Assembly (NCBI GenBank): GCA_964554805.1
Contig: CAZKPX010000001.1
Location: 124,818-188,817, forward strand
Direction: 5' to 3'
Source of the DNA: an uncultured Candidatus Saccharibacteria bacterium
Lineage (GTDB): Bacteria > Patescibacteriota > CAZHWT01
DNA length: 64,000 bases
Within the stretch, counting starts at the first letter, position 1; each line of letters opens with the position of its first letter. The position numbers and the translations under genes were made by a program. Below the pieces are notes generated by a model that worked only from the letters and a program-made list of their open reading frames with translations, had not been told where the DNA came from and searched no databases. Below are positions 10,117 to 18,675 of the stretch, piece by piece.

Positions 10117-10152
10117 ATTCTGGAAGAGAAGATTGCTCGACTCTTCCAGAAT
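10117..10152 (-). terminator. 12-bp perfect-stem hairpin just downstream of the tuf stop (ATTCTGGAAGAG...CTCTTCCAGAAT)
   Basis: Inverted repeat seen directly. It is not followed by a U tract on the minus strand, so it could be a partial terminator or a processing structure. Confidence 0.35.
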
Positions 10153-10179
10153 GGCCTGCAAAATCAGTTATTGAGCGAC

Positions 10180-11379
10180 TTAAGCAATAACCTTGGTGAT
10201 GATACCTGCGCCAACAGTACGTCCCCCTTCGCGAATGGCGAAGCTGAGGTTCTCTTCTAGAGCTACTGGAACGATCAACTTTACTTTTACAGTAACGTCG
10301 TCACCAGGCATGACCATTTCCTTGCCTTCTGGAAGAGTTACTTCACCAGTAACGTCAGTGGTTCGGAGGTAGAATTGAGGACGGTAGCCGTTCAAGAAAG
10401 GAGTGTGGCGTCCGCCTTCGTCCTTCTTAAGAACGTATACTTGGGCTTCGAATTCTACGTGTGGCTTAATGCTGCCTGGCTTGGCCAGAACCTGACCACG
10501 CTCAATGCCTTCGCGGTCAACACCACGAAGTAGAAGACCGACGTTGTCGCCAGCCTGACCTTCGTCAAGCATCTTCTTGAACATTTCAACACCAGTAACA
10601 ACAGTACTCTTGATTTCAGTACCCATACCAACGATTTCAACGCTTTCGTTAACCTTAACAACGCCGCGCTCGATACGACCAGTTGCAACTGTACCACGTC
10701 CGGAGATAGTGAATACGTCTTCAATTGGCATCAAGAAAGGCTGGTCAACTGGACGCTCTGGTACTGGGATGAATTCATCAACAGCTTCCATCAAGTCAAT
10801 GATAGCTTTTACATTAGGGTCTTCGTCAGTCAAAGTAGCAGCTTCTAGAACACCTAGAGCGGATCCACGAAGAACTGGAGCGTTATCGCCGTCAAAACCA
10901 TTCTTGGTCAACAGCTCACGAATTTCCATTTCAACGAGGTCGGCTAGTTCAGGGTCAGAAACCTGGTCCATCTTGTTCATGAACACAACGATCTTAGGAA
11001 CATTAACCTGGTGAGCCAATAGAATGTGCTCACGAGTCTGAGGCATTGGGCCGTCAGCAGCTGATACAACCAAAATTGCACCATCCATCTGAGCAGCACC
11101 AGTAATCATGTTCTTGATATAGTCGGCGTGTCCAGGAGCATCGATGTGAGCGTAGTGGAACTTGTCAGTTTCGTACTCAGTGTGAGAGATGGAAATGGTG
11201 ATACCACGCGCCTTCTCTTCTGGAGCGGCGTCGATAGCGTCGTATGCCTTAAATTTTGCTCCACCCTTGGTTTCCAAGACGCGAGTGATTGCCGCTGTCA
11301 GGGAAGTTTTACCATGGTCAACGTGACCGATGGTGCCCACATTTTTATGTGGCTTGCTTCGTTCAAACTTTTCTGCCAT
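10180..11379 (-). CDS. tuf: Elongation factor Tu
   Basis: [22 protein letters not shown] motifs; 399 aa; AGGAGG-type RBS upstream. Confidence 0.95.
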   Translation of the reverse strand: MAEKFERSKPHKNVGTIGHVDHGKTSLTAAITRVLETKGGAKFKAYDAIDAAPEEKARGITISISHTEYETDKFHYAHIDAPGHADYIKNMITGAAQMDGAILVVSAADGPMPQTREHILLAHQVNVPKIVVFMNKMDQVSDPELADLVEMEIRELLTKNGFDGDNAPVLRGSALGVLEAATLTDEDPNVKAIIDLMEAVDEFIPVPERPVDQPFLMPIEDVFTISGRGTVATGRIERGVVKVNESVEIVGMGTEIKSTVVTGVEMFKKMLDEGQAGDNVGLLLRGVDREGIERGQVLAKPGSIKPHVEFEAQVYVLKKDEGGRHTPFLNGYRPQFYLRTTDVTGEVTLPEGKEMVMPGDDVTVKVKLIVPVALEENLSFAIREGGRTVGAGIITKVIA

Positions 11380-11472
11380 GTGTGGCCTCCTAAAATAATG
11401 TAATCTGCTCGGTCTTTAAGCCCGGAGCTTTATGGCACTTGCCATGATATCTTATACCAGATTTCTAGGTTT

Positions 11473-13554
11473 TTATCTAGCTCGGTTTTCGATAATTGTT
11501 TGGGCTACGTTGCGTGGAACTTCTTGGTAGTGGCTAGGCTCCATAGCGGAGCTAGCACGTCCCTGAGTCATACCACGTAACTGAGTGGTGTAGCCAAACA
11601 TCTCGGAAAGAGGTACTGTGGCGTGGACAACACGGACGTTGCCGCGCTGCTCCATTTCCTGGATCTGACCACGCTTAGCGTTTAAGTCGCCGATGACATC
11701 ACCCATGAACTCTTCGGGGGTGGTGACTTCGACTTTCATAACTGGTTCAAGGAGAGAAGCTTCGGCTTTGCGAGCTCCATCTTTGACTGCCATGGAGGCG
11801 GCTACCTTGAAGGCAACTTCGGATGAGTCGACTTCGTGGTATGAACCATCATAAACGGTAACTTTCATATCTACAACAGGGTAGCCTGCCAAGACACCTG
11901 AATCCCAGGCCTCTATAACACCTTTTTGAACTGCAGGAATAAATTCACGAGGAATGGATCCGCCAACGACTGCGTTCACAAACTCATTGCCTTCGCCTGG
12001 GTTTTTTGGTTCCAAGCGAAGCCAAACGTGACCATACTGGCCACGACCACCAGATTGCTTGACATACTTGCCTTCGATTTCGACCGGCTTGCGGATAGAT
12101 TCTCGATAGGCAACCTGTGGGGCGCCGACATTGGCCTCAACTTTGAATTCACGCTTCATGCGATCGACCAAGATTTCGAGGTGCAACTCACCCATACCGG
12201 CAATCAGAGTCTGAGAAGTCTCAACGTTTGAAGTGACAGCAAAGGTTGGATCTTCTTCGGCCAAGCGACGTAAGGCCAGACCCATCTTTTCCTGGTCACC
12301 CTTAGTTTTAGGCTCTACAGCTACCTGGATAACTGGAGCTGGGAATTTGATGCTTTCTAGTACAACAGTTCCGCCATCAACAGTTAGAGTATCGCCAGTA
12401 ACGGTGTCTTTTAGCCCCACAGCGGCTGCGATATCGCCAGCGTAGCAGGTGTCGATTTCTTCACGGTGGTTAGCATGCATCTGCAGGATACGTCCTACAC
12501 GCTCTTTAGCGCCTTTGGTAGAGTTGGTAATGTATGATCCAGACTTAAGAGAACCTGAGTAAACTCGCAAGTAGGTCAAACGACCAACGAATGGGTCAGA
12601 CATGATCTTGAAAGCTAGGGCGATGAATGGTGCGTCATCCTTGGTTTCAACAACGACTTCTTCCTCGGAGCTAGCACTGATGTGACCGATGATTGGAGGA
12701 ACATCCATTGGAGATGGCAGGTAGTCCAACACTGCATCAAGCAGCAATTGAACCCCTTTGTTTTTTAGGGCGGTACCAGTCAATACTGGGAAAATCTTTA
12801 CATCAATGGTGGCTTGACGAAGGGCCGGGATAAGCTCTTCAACAGTGATTTCTTCACCAGACAGATACTTTTCTAGCAACACATCATCAGTTTCGGCTAC
12901 TTTTTCAACTAGTTCGGCGCGCCACTTGGTGGCTTCTTCGAGCATGTCGGCTGGAACATCAGTGATTTCCATTTCCTTACCCATATCATCTTTCCAGATG
13001 GTAGCTTTCATATCGAGCAGGTGAACTACTCCGGTGAAGCTGGATTCGGAACCGATTGGTAACTGAAGCGGAACTGGATTGGCGCCCAGACGCTGTTTGA
13101 TGGAATCTACACAGTGGTAGAAGTTTGCACCCATGCGGTCCATTTTGTTAATAAAGCAGATACGTGGCACATGATACTTATCAGCTTGGCGCCAGACAGT
13201 TTCTGATTGAGGCTCAACACCAGCTACGCCGTCAAACAAGACTACACCGCCATCAAGAACACGCAAGCTGCGCTCTACTTCAGCGGTGAAGTCAACGTGC
13301 CCTGGGGTGTCGATGATATTGATACGAGTATCTTTCCAGAAACAAGTAGTGGCAGCAGAGGTAATGGTAATACCACGCTCCTGCTCTTGCTCCATCCAGT
13401 CCATGGTGGCAGCACCTTCATGTACTTCACCGATTTTATATGTCTTGCCGGTGTAGTAAAGGATTCGCTCGGTTGTGGTGGTCTTGCCAGCATCAATGTG
13501 AGCAATAATACCGATGTTGCGAATTTTTTGGAGGTTATGTGTCGTACTGTCCAT
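11473..13554 (-). CDS. fusA: Elongation factor G
   Basis: [25 protein letters not shown] motifs; 693 aa. Confidence 0.95.
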   Translation of the reverse strand: MDSTTHNLQKIRNIGIIAHIDAGKTTTTERILYYTGKTYKIGEVHEGAATMDWMEQEQERGITITSAATTCFWKDTRINIIDTPGHVDFTAEVERSLRVLDGGVVLFDGVAGVEPQSETVWRQADKYHVPRICFINKMDRMGANFYHCVDSIKQRLGANPVPLQLPIGSESSFTGVVHLLDMKATIWKDDMGKEMEITDVPADMLEEATKWRAELVEKVAETDDVLLEKYLSGEEITVEELIPALRQATIDVKIFPVLTGTALKNKGVQLLLDAVLDYLPSPMDVPPIIGHISASSEEEVVVETKDDAPFIALAFKIMSDPFVGRLTYLRVYSGSLKSGSYITNSTKGAKERVGRILQMHANHREEIDTCYAGDIAAAVGLKDTVTGDTLTVDGGTVVLESIKFPAPVIQVAVEPKTKGDQEKMGLALRRLAEEDPTFAVTSNVETSQTLIAGMGELHLEILVDRMKREFKVEANVGAPQVAYRESIRKPVEIEGKYVKQSGGRGQYGHVWLRLEPKNPGEGNEFVNAVVGGSIPREFIPAVQKGVIEAWDSGVLAGYPVVDMKVTVYDGSYHEVDSSEVAFKVAASMAVKDGARKAEASLLEPVMKVEVTTPEEFMGDVIGDLNAKRGQIQEMEQRGNVRVVHATVPLSEMFGYTTQLRGMTQGRASSAMEPSHYQEVPRNVAQTIIENRAR

Positions 13555-13607
13555 GGTATTGATCCTAATTGGTAATAGTGGGTCGGGTAGTTAACGGAAC
13601 CGACAAT

Positions 13608-14075
13608 TTAATACTTAAAGTGAGAGAAGGCACGGTTGGCATCTGCCATTTTCTGCATGTCTTCGCGGCGCTTTACAGAAGCACCGGTGTTCTTGGAAGC
13701 ATCCAAAATTTCGCCAGCTAAACGCTCTTTCATAGAACGACCTGGACGCTTTTTGGCGAAGGAGATCATCCAACGAGCGGCCAAAGCTTCTTTGCGATCA
13801 CCGCGAACTTCGATGGGTACTTGGTATGACGAACCGCCAACACGACGAGACTTAACTTCTTGTCGAGGAGCAACGTTCTTCATGGCTAATTCAAAAGTCT
13901 CTAGTGGGTTCTCTTCGCCCATTTCTTTGAGCTGATCAAAAGCGCCGTAGACGATGCCTTGAGCAACAGTCTTCTTGCCGCCAATCATAACTCGATTGAT
14001 AAACTTGGCTACTACACGTGAGTGATAGATAGCATCTGGTTCAATAATTCGTTTTGGTGCTCTTTTACCGCGCAT
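13608..14075 (-). CDS. rpsG: 30S ribosomal protein S7
   Basis: S7 sequence in str-operon order. Confidence 0.9.
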   Translation of the reverse strand: MRGKRAPKRIIEPDAIYHSRVVAKFINRVMIGGKKTVAQGIVYGAFDQLKEMGEENPLETFELAMKNVAPRQEVKSRRVGGSSYQVPIEVRGDRKEALAARWMISFAKKRPGRSMKERLAGEILDASKNTGASVKRREDMQKMADANRAFSHFKY

Positions 14076-14102
14076 AATAAAAATCCTCTAGGGGTAAATC
14101 CC

Positions 14103-14537
14103 TTAGGAAGCCTTGGCTCCCTTTACTACTTCAACCTTCTTGGCGCCATATAGTGAACGAGACTGACGACGCTTTTCAACGCCCTTGGCATCGAGAACAC
14201 CACGAATAATGTGATACTTCACACCTGGCAAATCTTTAACACGACCGCCGCGAACAAGAACGATTGAGTGTTCCTGTAGGTTGTGGCCTTCGCCTGGAAT
14301 GTAGGCAGTAACCTCTTGCTTGTTGGACAAGCGAACACGAGCAACCTTACGCAAAGCTGAGTTAGGCTTTTTTGGAGTCATGGTTTTGACGATGGTGCAG
14401 ACACCGCGCTTTTGGGGGTTGGTGGTAACACTGCTCTTGCGCTTGTTAGAGTTGTAACTACGACGCAGGGCTGCAGCCTTGACTTTGGTATTTTTGCTGG
14501 AACGTCCTTTGCGGACAAGTTGGTTAATTGTTGGCAT
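14103..14537 (-). CDS. rpsL: 30S ribosomal protein S12 (144 aa, with an internal basic insertion)
   Basis: [12 protein letters not shown]... and the [26 protein letters not shown] motifs. Confidence 0.9.
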   Translation of the reverse strand: MPTINQLVRKGRSSKNTKVKAAALRRSYNSNKRKSSVTTNPQKRGVCTIVKTMTPKKPNSALRKVARVRLSNKQEVTAYIPGEGHNLQEHSIVLVRGGRVKDLPGVKYHIIRGVLDAKGVEKRRQSRSLYGAKKVEVVKGAKAS

Positions 14538-14671
14538 ACATGATTGCTCTTAAATAATTTTATTCTTGCTAATGATATTTTGCTAAAAACTTAATCTAAT
14601 TTCAGTCAACCTCACGATTGGATCGGAGTAAAAATTGCGCCCTGCTTTTAAGTGGGCGCTCAACAGGGGGG

Positions 14672-14700
14672 ATTATATACAAAAATCAGTGACGGGTCAA
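14672..14700 (-). promoter_or_regulatory. Sigma70-like promoter for the rpsL (str) operon: TTGACC, 17-nt spacer, TATAAT
   Basis: On the minus strand: cTTGACCcgtcactgatttttgtaTATAATcc. This is a perfect -35/-10 consensus with 17-bp spacing, about 135 nt upstream of the rpsL ATG. Confidence 0.55.
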
Positions 14701-14718
14701 GCCCCATTCTGCTTTATG

Positions 14719-14750
14719 GAGCGACGAGCGACAGGCTACGGGCGACGGGG
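14719..14750. repeat. Copy of the dispersed GCGACGAGCGACRGG heptad-repeat element
   Basis: GAGCGACGAGCGACAGGCTACGGGCGACGGGG. Related copies lie at 6271-6302, 34489-34520, 50001-50038, 51860-51889 and 60165-60194. Confidence 0.6.
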
Positions 14751-14822
14751 AAGAAATTGCTCAAAACTTAGGCAAATAATACCCCTCCTCTAGACCTCGG
14801 GGTTGTTTGCTAAATGGTGGGG

Positions 14823-14854
14823 AATCAGAGCTGGCTAGGTGGCCAGCTCTGATT
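14823..14854 (-). terminator. 12-bp perfect inverted repeat (AATCAGAGCTGG / CCAGCTCTGATT) overlapping the stop codon of the 229-aa gene
   Basis: Palindrome seen directly. The TAG stop (14835-14837) falls in the loop. There is no strong U tract, so the function is uncertain. Confidence 0.4.
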
Positions 14855-15524
14855 CGGCGTCCTGTCGAACTTTCTCTTCGATCAGCCTGATGGTCTCATC
14901 CTCAGTGTTAGTCATCATGCCATACAGCAACTGCTGTATGGGGAGTCCTGCTTGACGATAGGGGGCGTAAAAGAACCTCTCGAAGTAATCCCGGATTCGC
15001 CAAGTGACGGTTGAATCAGTGTCCGGATTGAGTTGGCGGAACAAGTCTCCTTCAAATACTCGACTATCTATTTGTCGCATAAATTCAAAGATTTGATTGT
15101 CTCCAAATCTCTGAATGAGTAGTTCTGGATGCTGAGTGGCTTCCAGAGACACACTGATTGCAACCCAGCATAGCTCGACTTGATGGCGGTCGTTTAATGA
15201 CCAGACTAGTCGGATAGATAGAAGATCTACTTCTGACTGTCGCAGATTGAGAACCAGACCAAAGCCGGGCAAATAGGTATCTTGGTCACCTACTTTGTCA
15301 TATGTTTCAGGGATGTATGTCTCCAAGCCTACTGCTACCCGGTAGTCGCTATCTGGGTGGAGTATGCACCACTGTCCATAGCTAAAGTCGAGGTGCGGAC
15401 TGCCGTCCTTTGGATCCAAGCGCCTATCCGGATGGATAATGGCTTTTATCATTTCCATCAGATCTTCAAGCTGGACAATACCAGCTTTATAGTCTCGCTC
15501 TTCACTCATTGCCCTGCTCTCCAC
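14835..15524 (-). CDS. Hypothetical protein (229 aa), first gene of the accessory island
   Basis: Long ORF between the rpsL promoter and the island. No recognisable family. Confidence 0.5.
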   Translation of the reverse strand: MESRAMSEERDYKAGIVQLEDLMEMIKAIIHPDRRLDPKDGSPHLDFSYGQWCILHPDSDYRVAVGLETYIPETYDKVGDQDTYLPGFGLVLNLRQSEVDLLSIRLVWSLNDRHQVELCWVAISVSLEATQHPELLIQRFGDNQIFEFMRQIDSRVFEGDLFRQLNPDTDSTVTWRIRDYFERFFYAPYRQAGLPIQQLLYGMMTNTEDETIRLIEEKVRQDAESELAT

Positions 15525-15654
15525 TGGCCGCCTGATTACGGCGTGGCCATTCTATAGCGATTCATTGGTAATGTCAAAAAAGTGACGGACGACGAAGTTT
15601 CAACTAACCTAAAATCATAGCTATAGGCAAAACTACGTCTTAAGCCAATGGTTT

Positions 15655-15688
15655 TTGGCTGAAGGTTGTTAGATGATGTGATACAATG
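15655..15688 (+). promoter_or_regulatory. Candidate extended -10 promoter (TGaTACAAT) for a small plus-strand transcription unit
   Basis: tgtgATACAAT at 15679-15687. The -35 is weak (TTGGCT at non-optimal spacing). Confidence 0.3.
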
Positions 15689-15740
15689 TGGCGGCCTTGA
15701 GGGTCAGGGCGAGACAGATTGGAAGAGTTTGGAGGAGATC

Positions 15741-15938
15741 GTGCTGCTTGAAAAAATTGTAAATGGGACTCCATTTCAATTGCTGGCGACTGCAGTGCTG
15801 GCGGTTGGTGTGGTCAGAGTCATCGCTGCGAATCGTGGGCTACGGCCTCGCCAAACAAATACGGGACGGCCTGGAAGACAGACGGCAGGACCAAGGCGGG
15901 AGCTCGTCCGGTTAAAAATTCATCCGATTGAAATCTAG
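15741..15938 (+). CDS. Small ORF (65 aa, GTG start): hydrophobic helix followed by an Arg/Pro-rich tail
   Basis: GGAGG RBS (15731-15735) sits 5 nt before the GTG. The protein is VLLEKIVNGTPFQLLATAVLAVGVVRVIAANRGLRPRQTNTGRPGRQ.... A strong terminator follows. The ATG at 15666 on the ORF track lies inside the candidate promoter. Confidence 0.35.
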   Translation: MLLEKIVNGTPFQLLATAVLAVGVVRVIAANRGLRPRQTNTGRPGRQTAGPRRELVRLKIHPIEI

Positions 15939-15968
15939 CAGGCTGCTACAGTCATGCGTTTGCAAGTT

Positions 15969-16007
15969 GAGCCCGACCAGACATTTAAACTGGTCGGGCT
16001 ATCTTTT
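15969..16007 (+). terminator. Rho-independent terminator (AGCCCGACCAG-loop-CTGGTCGGGCT plus a T run)
   Basis: 11-bp perfect stem followed by ATCTTTTTG. Confidence 0.6.
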
Positions 16008-16019
16008 TGACCATTAATC

Positions 16020-16046
16020 TTACCTATAGGCTTATTATGGTATAAT
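16020..16046 (+). promoter_or_regulatory. Extended -10 promoter (TGgTATAAT) upstream of the 111-aa gene
   Basis: ttattaTGGTATAATtaat at 16038-16046, about 95 nt upstream of the ATG at 16143. Confidence 0.45.
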
Positions 16047-16142
16047 TAATTTAAGATTGATGAGCTGAGAACTAGTGAGGAGGGTAGCACGGGTCTTGAT
16101 TGTGGATTGGACTGAGTCGATCGATATCGACTGGAGGCGGCC

Positions 16143-16478
16143 ATGTCATGGGTAAAATCCTGGTGGGCGGGGCTCTGCGATTTTTTTGTTAGCCCATTCG
16201 ACTTCAGCATGTCTTTCCCTGATGAGCAGGGAGTAATCCACTCCGTTGTGAGCCGAGACGGCAAAGATTTGTTTGAAGCCGTCGACGCTATCAACCTCAA
16301 ACCGATGGCGGCTTATAGCCCGCTTTTCGATCAGAATGTGGTACGGATACCTTTGGATGAAACCTTAAAACTCCAAGAGGGTTGGAGGGTGGAGTTCGAG
16401 AAGGGCTTTGCTCGTCATGAGCAAGCGCTATTCCAATCGTTTATCAACAACCCTCTGGAGTACGGGCCGGGAGTGTAG
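16143..16478 (+). CDS. Hypothetical protein (111 aa)
   Basis: ORF with a promoter upstream and a terminator downstream. No family recognised. Confidence 0.5.
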   Translation: MSWVKSWWAGLCDFFVSPFDFSMSFPDEQGVIHSVVSRDGKDLFEAVDAINLKPMAAYSPLFDQNVVRIPLDETLKLQEGWRVEFEKGFARHEQALFQSFINNPLEYGPGV

Positions 16479-16549
16479 AGTAGCTGTCGACTTCGCGGAT
16501 GTTTTACGAGAGCTTTTTCCGGAGAGACGTCGCTTGAATGTTAGATGAA

Positions 16550-16589
16550 GGGCCATAGCAAAAAAATGCTATGGCCCTCGTTCATTTTT
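16550..16589 (+). terminator. Rho-independent terminator (GGGCCATAGC-A7T-GCTATGGCCC plus T-rich tail)
   Basis: 10-bp perfect stem followed by TCGTTCATTTTT. Confidence 0.6.
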
Positions 16590-16669
16590 GCACAAGAGAA
16601 TCTTTGCTTTTTGAATTGCTAAGTGGTATATAGAAGTCATAGATTTTGGTTTGAGACAAGGGAGGAACC

Positions 16670-17215
16670 ATGTCGCCGCATGTTGGCCTCTCGTTGCACG
16701 AGGGGCTCAATGACTCAGATGACCTGAAGCGATACACTACTAGTTCGTTTGCATTTAAGAGCAAGGCGGACGGAGTATGGTATCTCATTGAATGCCGGGA
16801 GGATAACTGGGTCTATGACTACCGCGGTAGCAGCTGGCTGCGGAGTATGGTTGGCAAATCCATCCATAAGCACCCCAACCGCCAAGTGGTGGAAGATCTC
16901 CGAAAAATGCGCAATCGGATAACTCAAGACACTTTTGCGGACGACGATGCTAAGATTGATGAGAAAGCCAGACAAGTGGATTTGAGGCCGCTACTACGCT
17001 GGTACTGGAATCCGTGGGATTTGTTTTGGATTGGAGTGTGTATCGTAATTCTCCTGGCTTGGGTGATGGTGAATATGGCCTTTGTGGTCGGTGTTCAGCT
17101 GAAGGAGATATGGCGAGATCCTCGATGGTACTGGGGCTGGTATATGCAGGGTGTCCGTCGGAGAATTCAACCTGTGTGGAGAAAGTGTGCCCAGGCACTG
17201 CGCTTCCACCAATGA
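16670..17215 (+). CDS. Hypothetical membrane-anchored protein (181 aa) with a Trp-rich C-terminal TM region
   Basis: AGGGAGGAA RBS before the ATG. Soluble N-terminal part, then WYWNPWDLFWIGVCIVILLAWVMVNMAFVVGV..WYWGWY. Confidence 0.55.
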   Translation: MSPHVGLSLHEGLNDSDDLKRYTTSSFAFKSKADGVWYLIECREDNWVYDYRGSSWLRSMVGKSIHKHPNRQVVEDLRKMRNRITQDTFADDDAKIDEKARQVDLRPLLRWYWNPWDLFWIGVCIVILLAWVMVNMAFVVGVQLKEIWRDPRWYWGWYMQGVRRRIQPVWRKCAQALRFHQ

Positions 17216-17229
17216 TAGAAATGTCTGCG

Positions 17230-17266
17230 GCCCGTCTCGAAATTCGAGGCGGGCTATTTTGTTATT
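17230..17266 (+). terminator. Rho-independent terminator (GCCCGTCTCG-AAATT-CGAGGCGGGC plus TATTTTGTTATT)
   Basis: 10-bp stem with one G-U pair, followed by a U-rich tail. Confidence 0.55.
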
Positions 17267-17348
17267 AAAAGTAGCAAGCGTCTTGATTATAGACTTATAG
17301 TATGTTATATTTCGTGTAGTCTTTTGGGTTTCTTTCAATGAAGGAGAA

Positions 17349-17786
17349 GTGCTGGTGGCCAGACAGACTATTTTTGCAACTGGGGAGAGGTATGATGCTA
17401 TTCGCCGAGCCGAGGCTCGAGGCGAAATTTCGGCCCAATTGGCCCAATTGGAGCGACGACGGCAAAAAGCGAGCATCAATGGGTCTCAGCCAACGGTAAC
17501 GTCCAAAATCATGGACTACCTTTTTGGCTGGACCATTAGCGATCGGTGCTACATTGGTCACGGCGAAGTGTTGGCTGTTGAATGCCACAAACCCGCCCGA
17601 GGGGGCGACTTGCAGTATCGGTGGCTCGAACACTGGGAGACTGCAGGGGGTGTTCTCAATGACAAACCATGGCAGTCTTTTGGTGAGATGGGGAAATGCT
17701 TGGGCAAGAGCACAGCCCTGAAGGTTCGCCAAGAACTGGCCAGAAAAAGACCGGAGATATTGCAGGTACGGATTCTGAAAGACTAA
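17349..17786 (+). CDS. Hypothetical protein (145 aa, GTG start)
   Basis: AAGGAGA RBS 4 nt upstream and a terminator downstream. A fully overlapping minus-strand ORF (17295-17813) was judged spurious. Confidence 0.45.
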   Translation: MLVARQTIFATGERYDAIRRAEARGEISAQLAQLERRRQKASINGSQPTVTSKIMDYLFGWTISDRCYIGHGEVLAVECHKPARGGDLQYRWLEHWETAGGVLNDKPWQSFGEMGKCLGKSTALKVRQELARKRPEILQVRILKD

Positions 17787-17817
17787 GAATCTGGACCGCT
17801 GCATCCGTAACAACTAT

Positions 17818-17864
17818 GAGGGTTGGTTAGCAATTTGGCTAACCAACCCTCGCATTCGTTTTAA
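17818..17864 (+). terminator. Strong rho-independent terminator (14-bp perfect stem GAGGGTTGGTTAGC / GCTAACCAACCCTC plus GCATTCGTTTTAAAAG)
   Basis: Inverted repeat and U tract seen directly. Confidence 0.65.
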
Positions 17865-18099
17865 AAGCATTATGTGATTGTAAGCACGCTAAGGCAGAGC
17901 TATAAAATCATATTGGCATGACTTGCACCTTAAAGTATGAACATGCAATAACTATTTAAAAGTATAAGATTTGACTCTTTGATCTACCTACTATATGGAG
18001 TATGAATTAGATACACCATACTCATTATATCTTATAGTTATTTACATAATGCTTCTTATATGTTAGTATACTATAGTTCCCTGTTGTTTAAGGCTTTGA

Positions 18100-18516
18100 A
18101 TGAAAGGTTGTCATGTGGGCTTAAACACACAGCTAATAGCTGTTCCTGGCGATATGGCATTGCCTAACCACCTGAGCAGCGAATGGCTTGATGAGCATGA
18201 ATCAGAGATCTGCTATCTAGCAGAATGGAGAAAGGACTATGTCCTACACAGATGGTTCACTGCAAAGGTCGAGCATGCTTCTACCCTAGACCATGAAGGG
18301 TCGGGGTGTCGTATCGTTCGACAAGTTCTCGAGGAGCTTTTGGAAGTAGTGCGAACTATTCGCACCTGCACTAAAACCGAAGCAGAGATACTGTTTCCTG
18401 GTGCTTGGGGTTCGGGTCATCTTCCAGATGAAGATTACCTGGATTCAATCGAAGGCTCTCTGACTGACGCTCTGGCTCACCGAGATATTACAAATTTTTA
18501 CTACATTGCATCCTAG
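18100..18516 (+). CDS. Hypothetical protein (138 aa), preceded by a 220-bp AT-rich segment
   Basis: ORF followed by a terminator. No family recognised. Confidence 0.45.
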   Translation: MKGCHVGLNTQLIAVPGDMALPNHLSSEWLDEHESEICYLAEWRKDYVLHRWFTAKVEHASTLDHEGSGCRIVRQVLEELLEVVRTIRTCTKTEAEILFPGAWGSGHLPDEDYLDSIEGSLTDALAHRDITNFYYIAS

Positions 18517-18540
18517 CTTTGGGAATGCAGTGGAAGATGT

Positions 18541-18581
18541 CCCCGACTTTGGCTTGCTTGAGTCGGGGATCTTTCATTTTT
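18541..18581 (+). terminator. Rho-independent terminator (CCCCGACT...AGTCGGGG plus ATCTTTCATTTTT)
   Basis: 8-bp stem and a T run. Confidence 0.55.
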
Positions 18582-18619
18582 ACTCATTATTAATTATCAA
18601 GATACCAGTTATATACAAC

Positions 18620-18648
18620 AAAACCCCACCTACAATAGGTGGGGTTTT
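18620..18648 (-). terminator. rpoC terminator: perfect hairpin AAAACCCCACCT-ACAAT-AGGTGGGGTTTT (reads as a terminator on either strand)
   Basis: 12-bp perfect stem flanked by A and T runs, 28 nt after the rpoC stop. Confidence 0.6.
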
Positions 18649-18675
18649 GTAATTGATAATTCTTAATCCGCAGAT

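Noticed and set aside
17295-17813. 172-aa minus-strand ORF fully overlapping the 145-aa plus-strand island gene, plus the similar minus ORFs at 16994-17479 and 16046-16300
   Set aside because: The plus-strand ORFs have RBSs and correctly oriented terminators; the minus-strand ones have neither. Chosen by context, but not proven.
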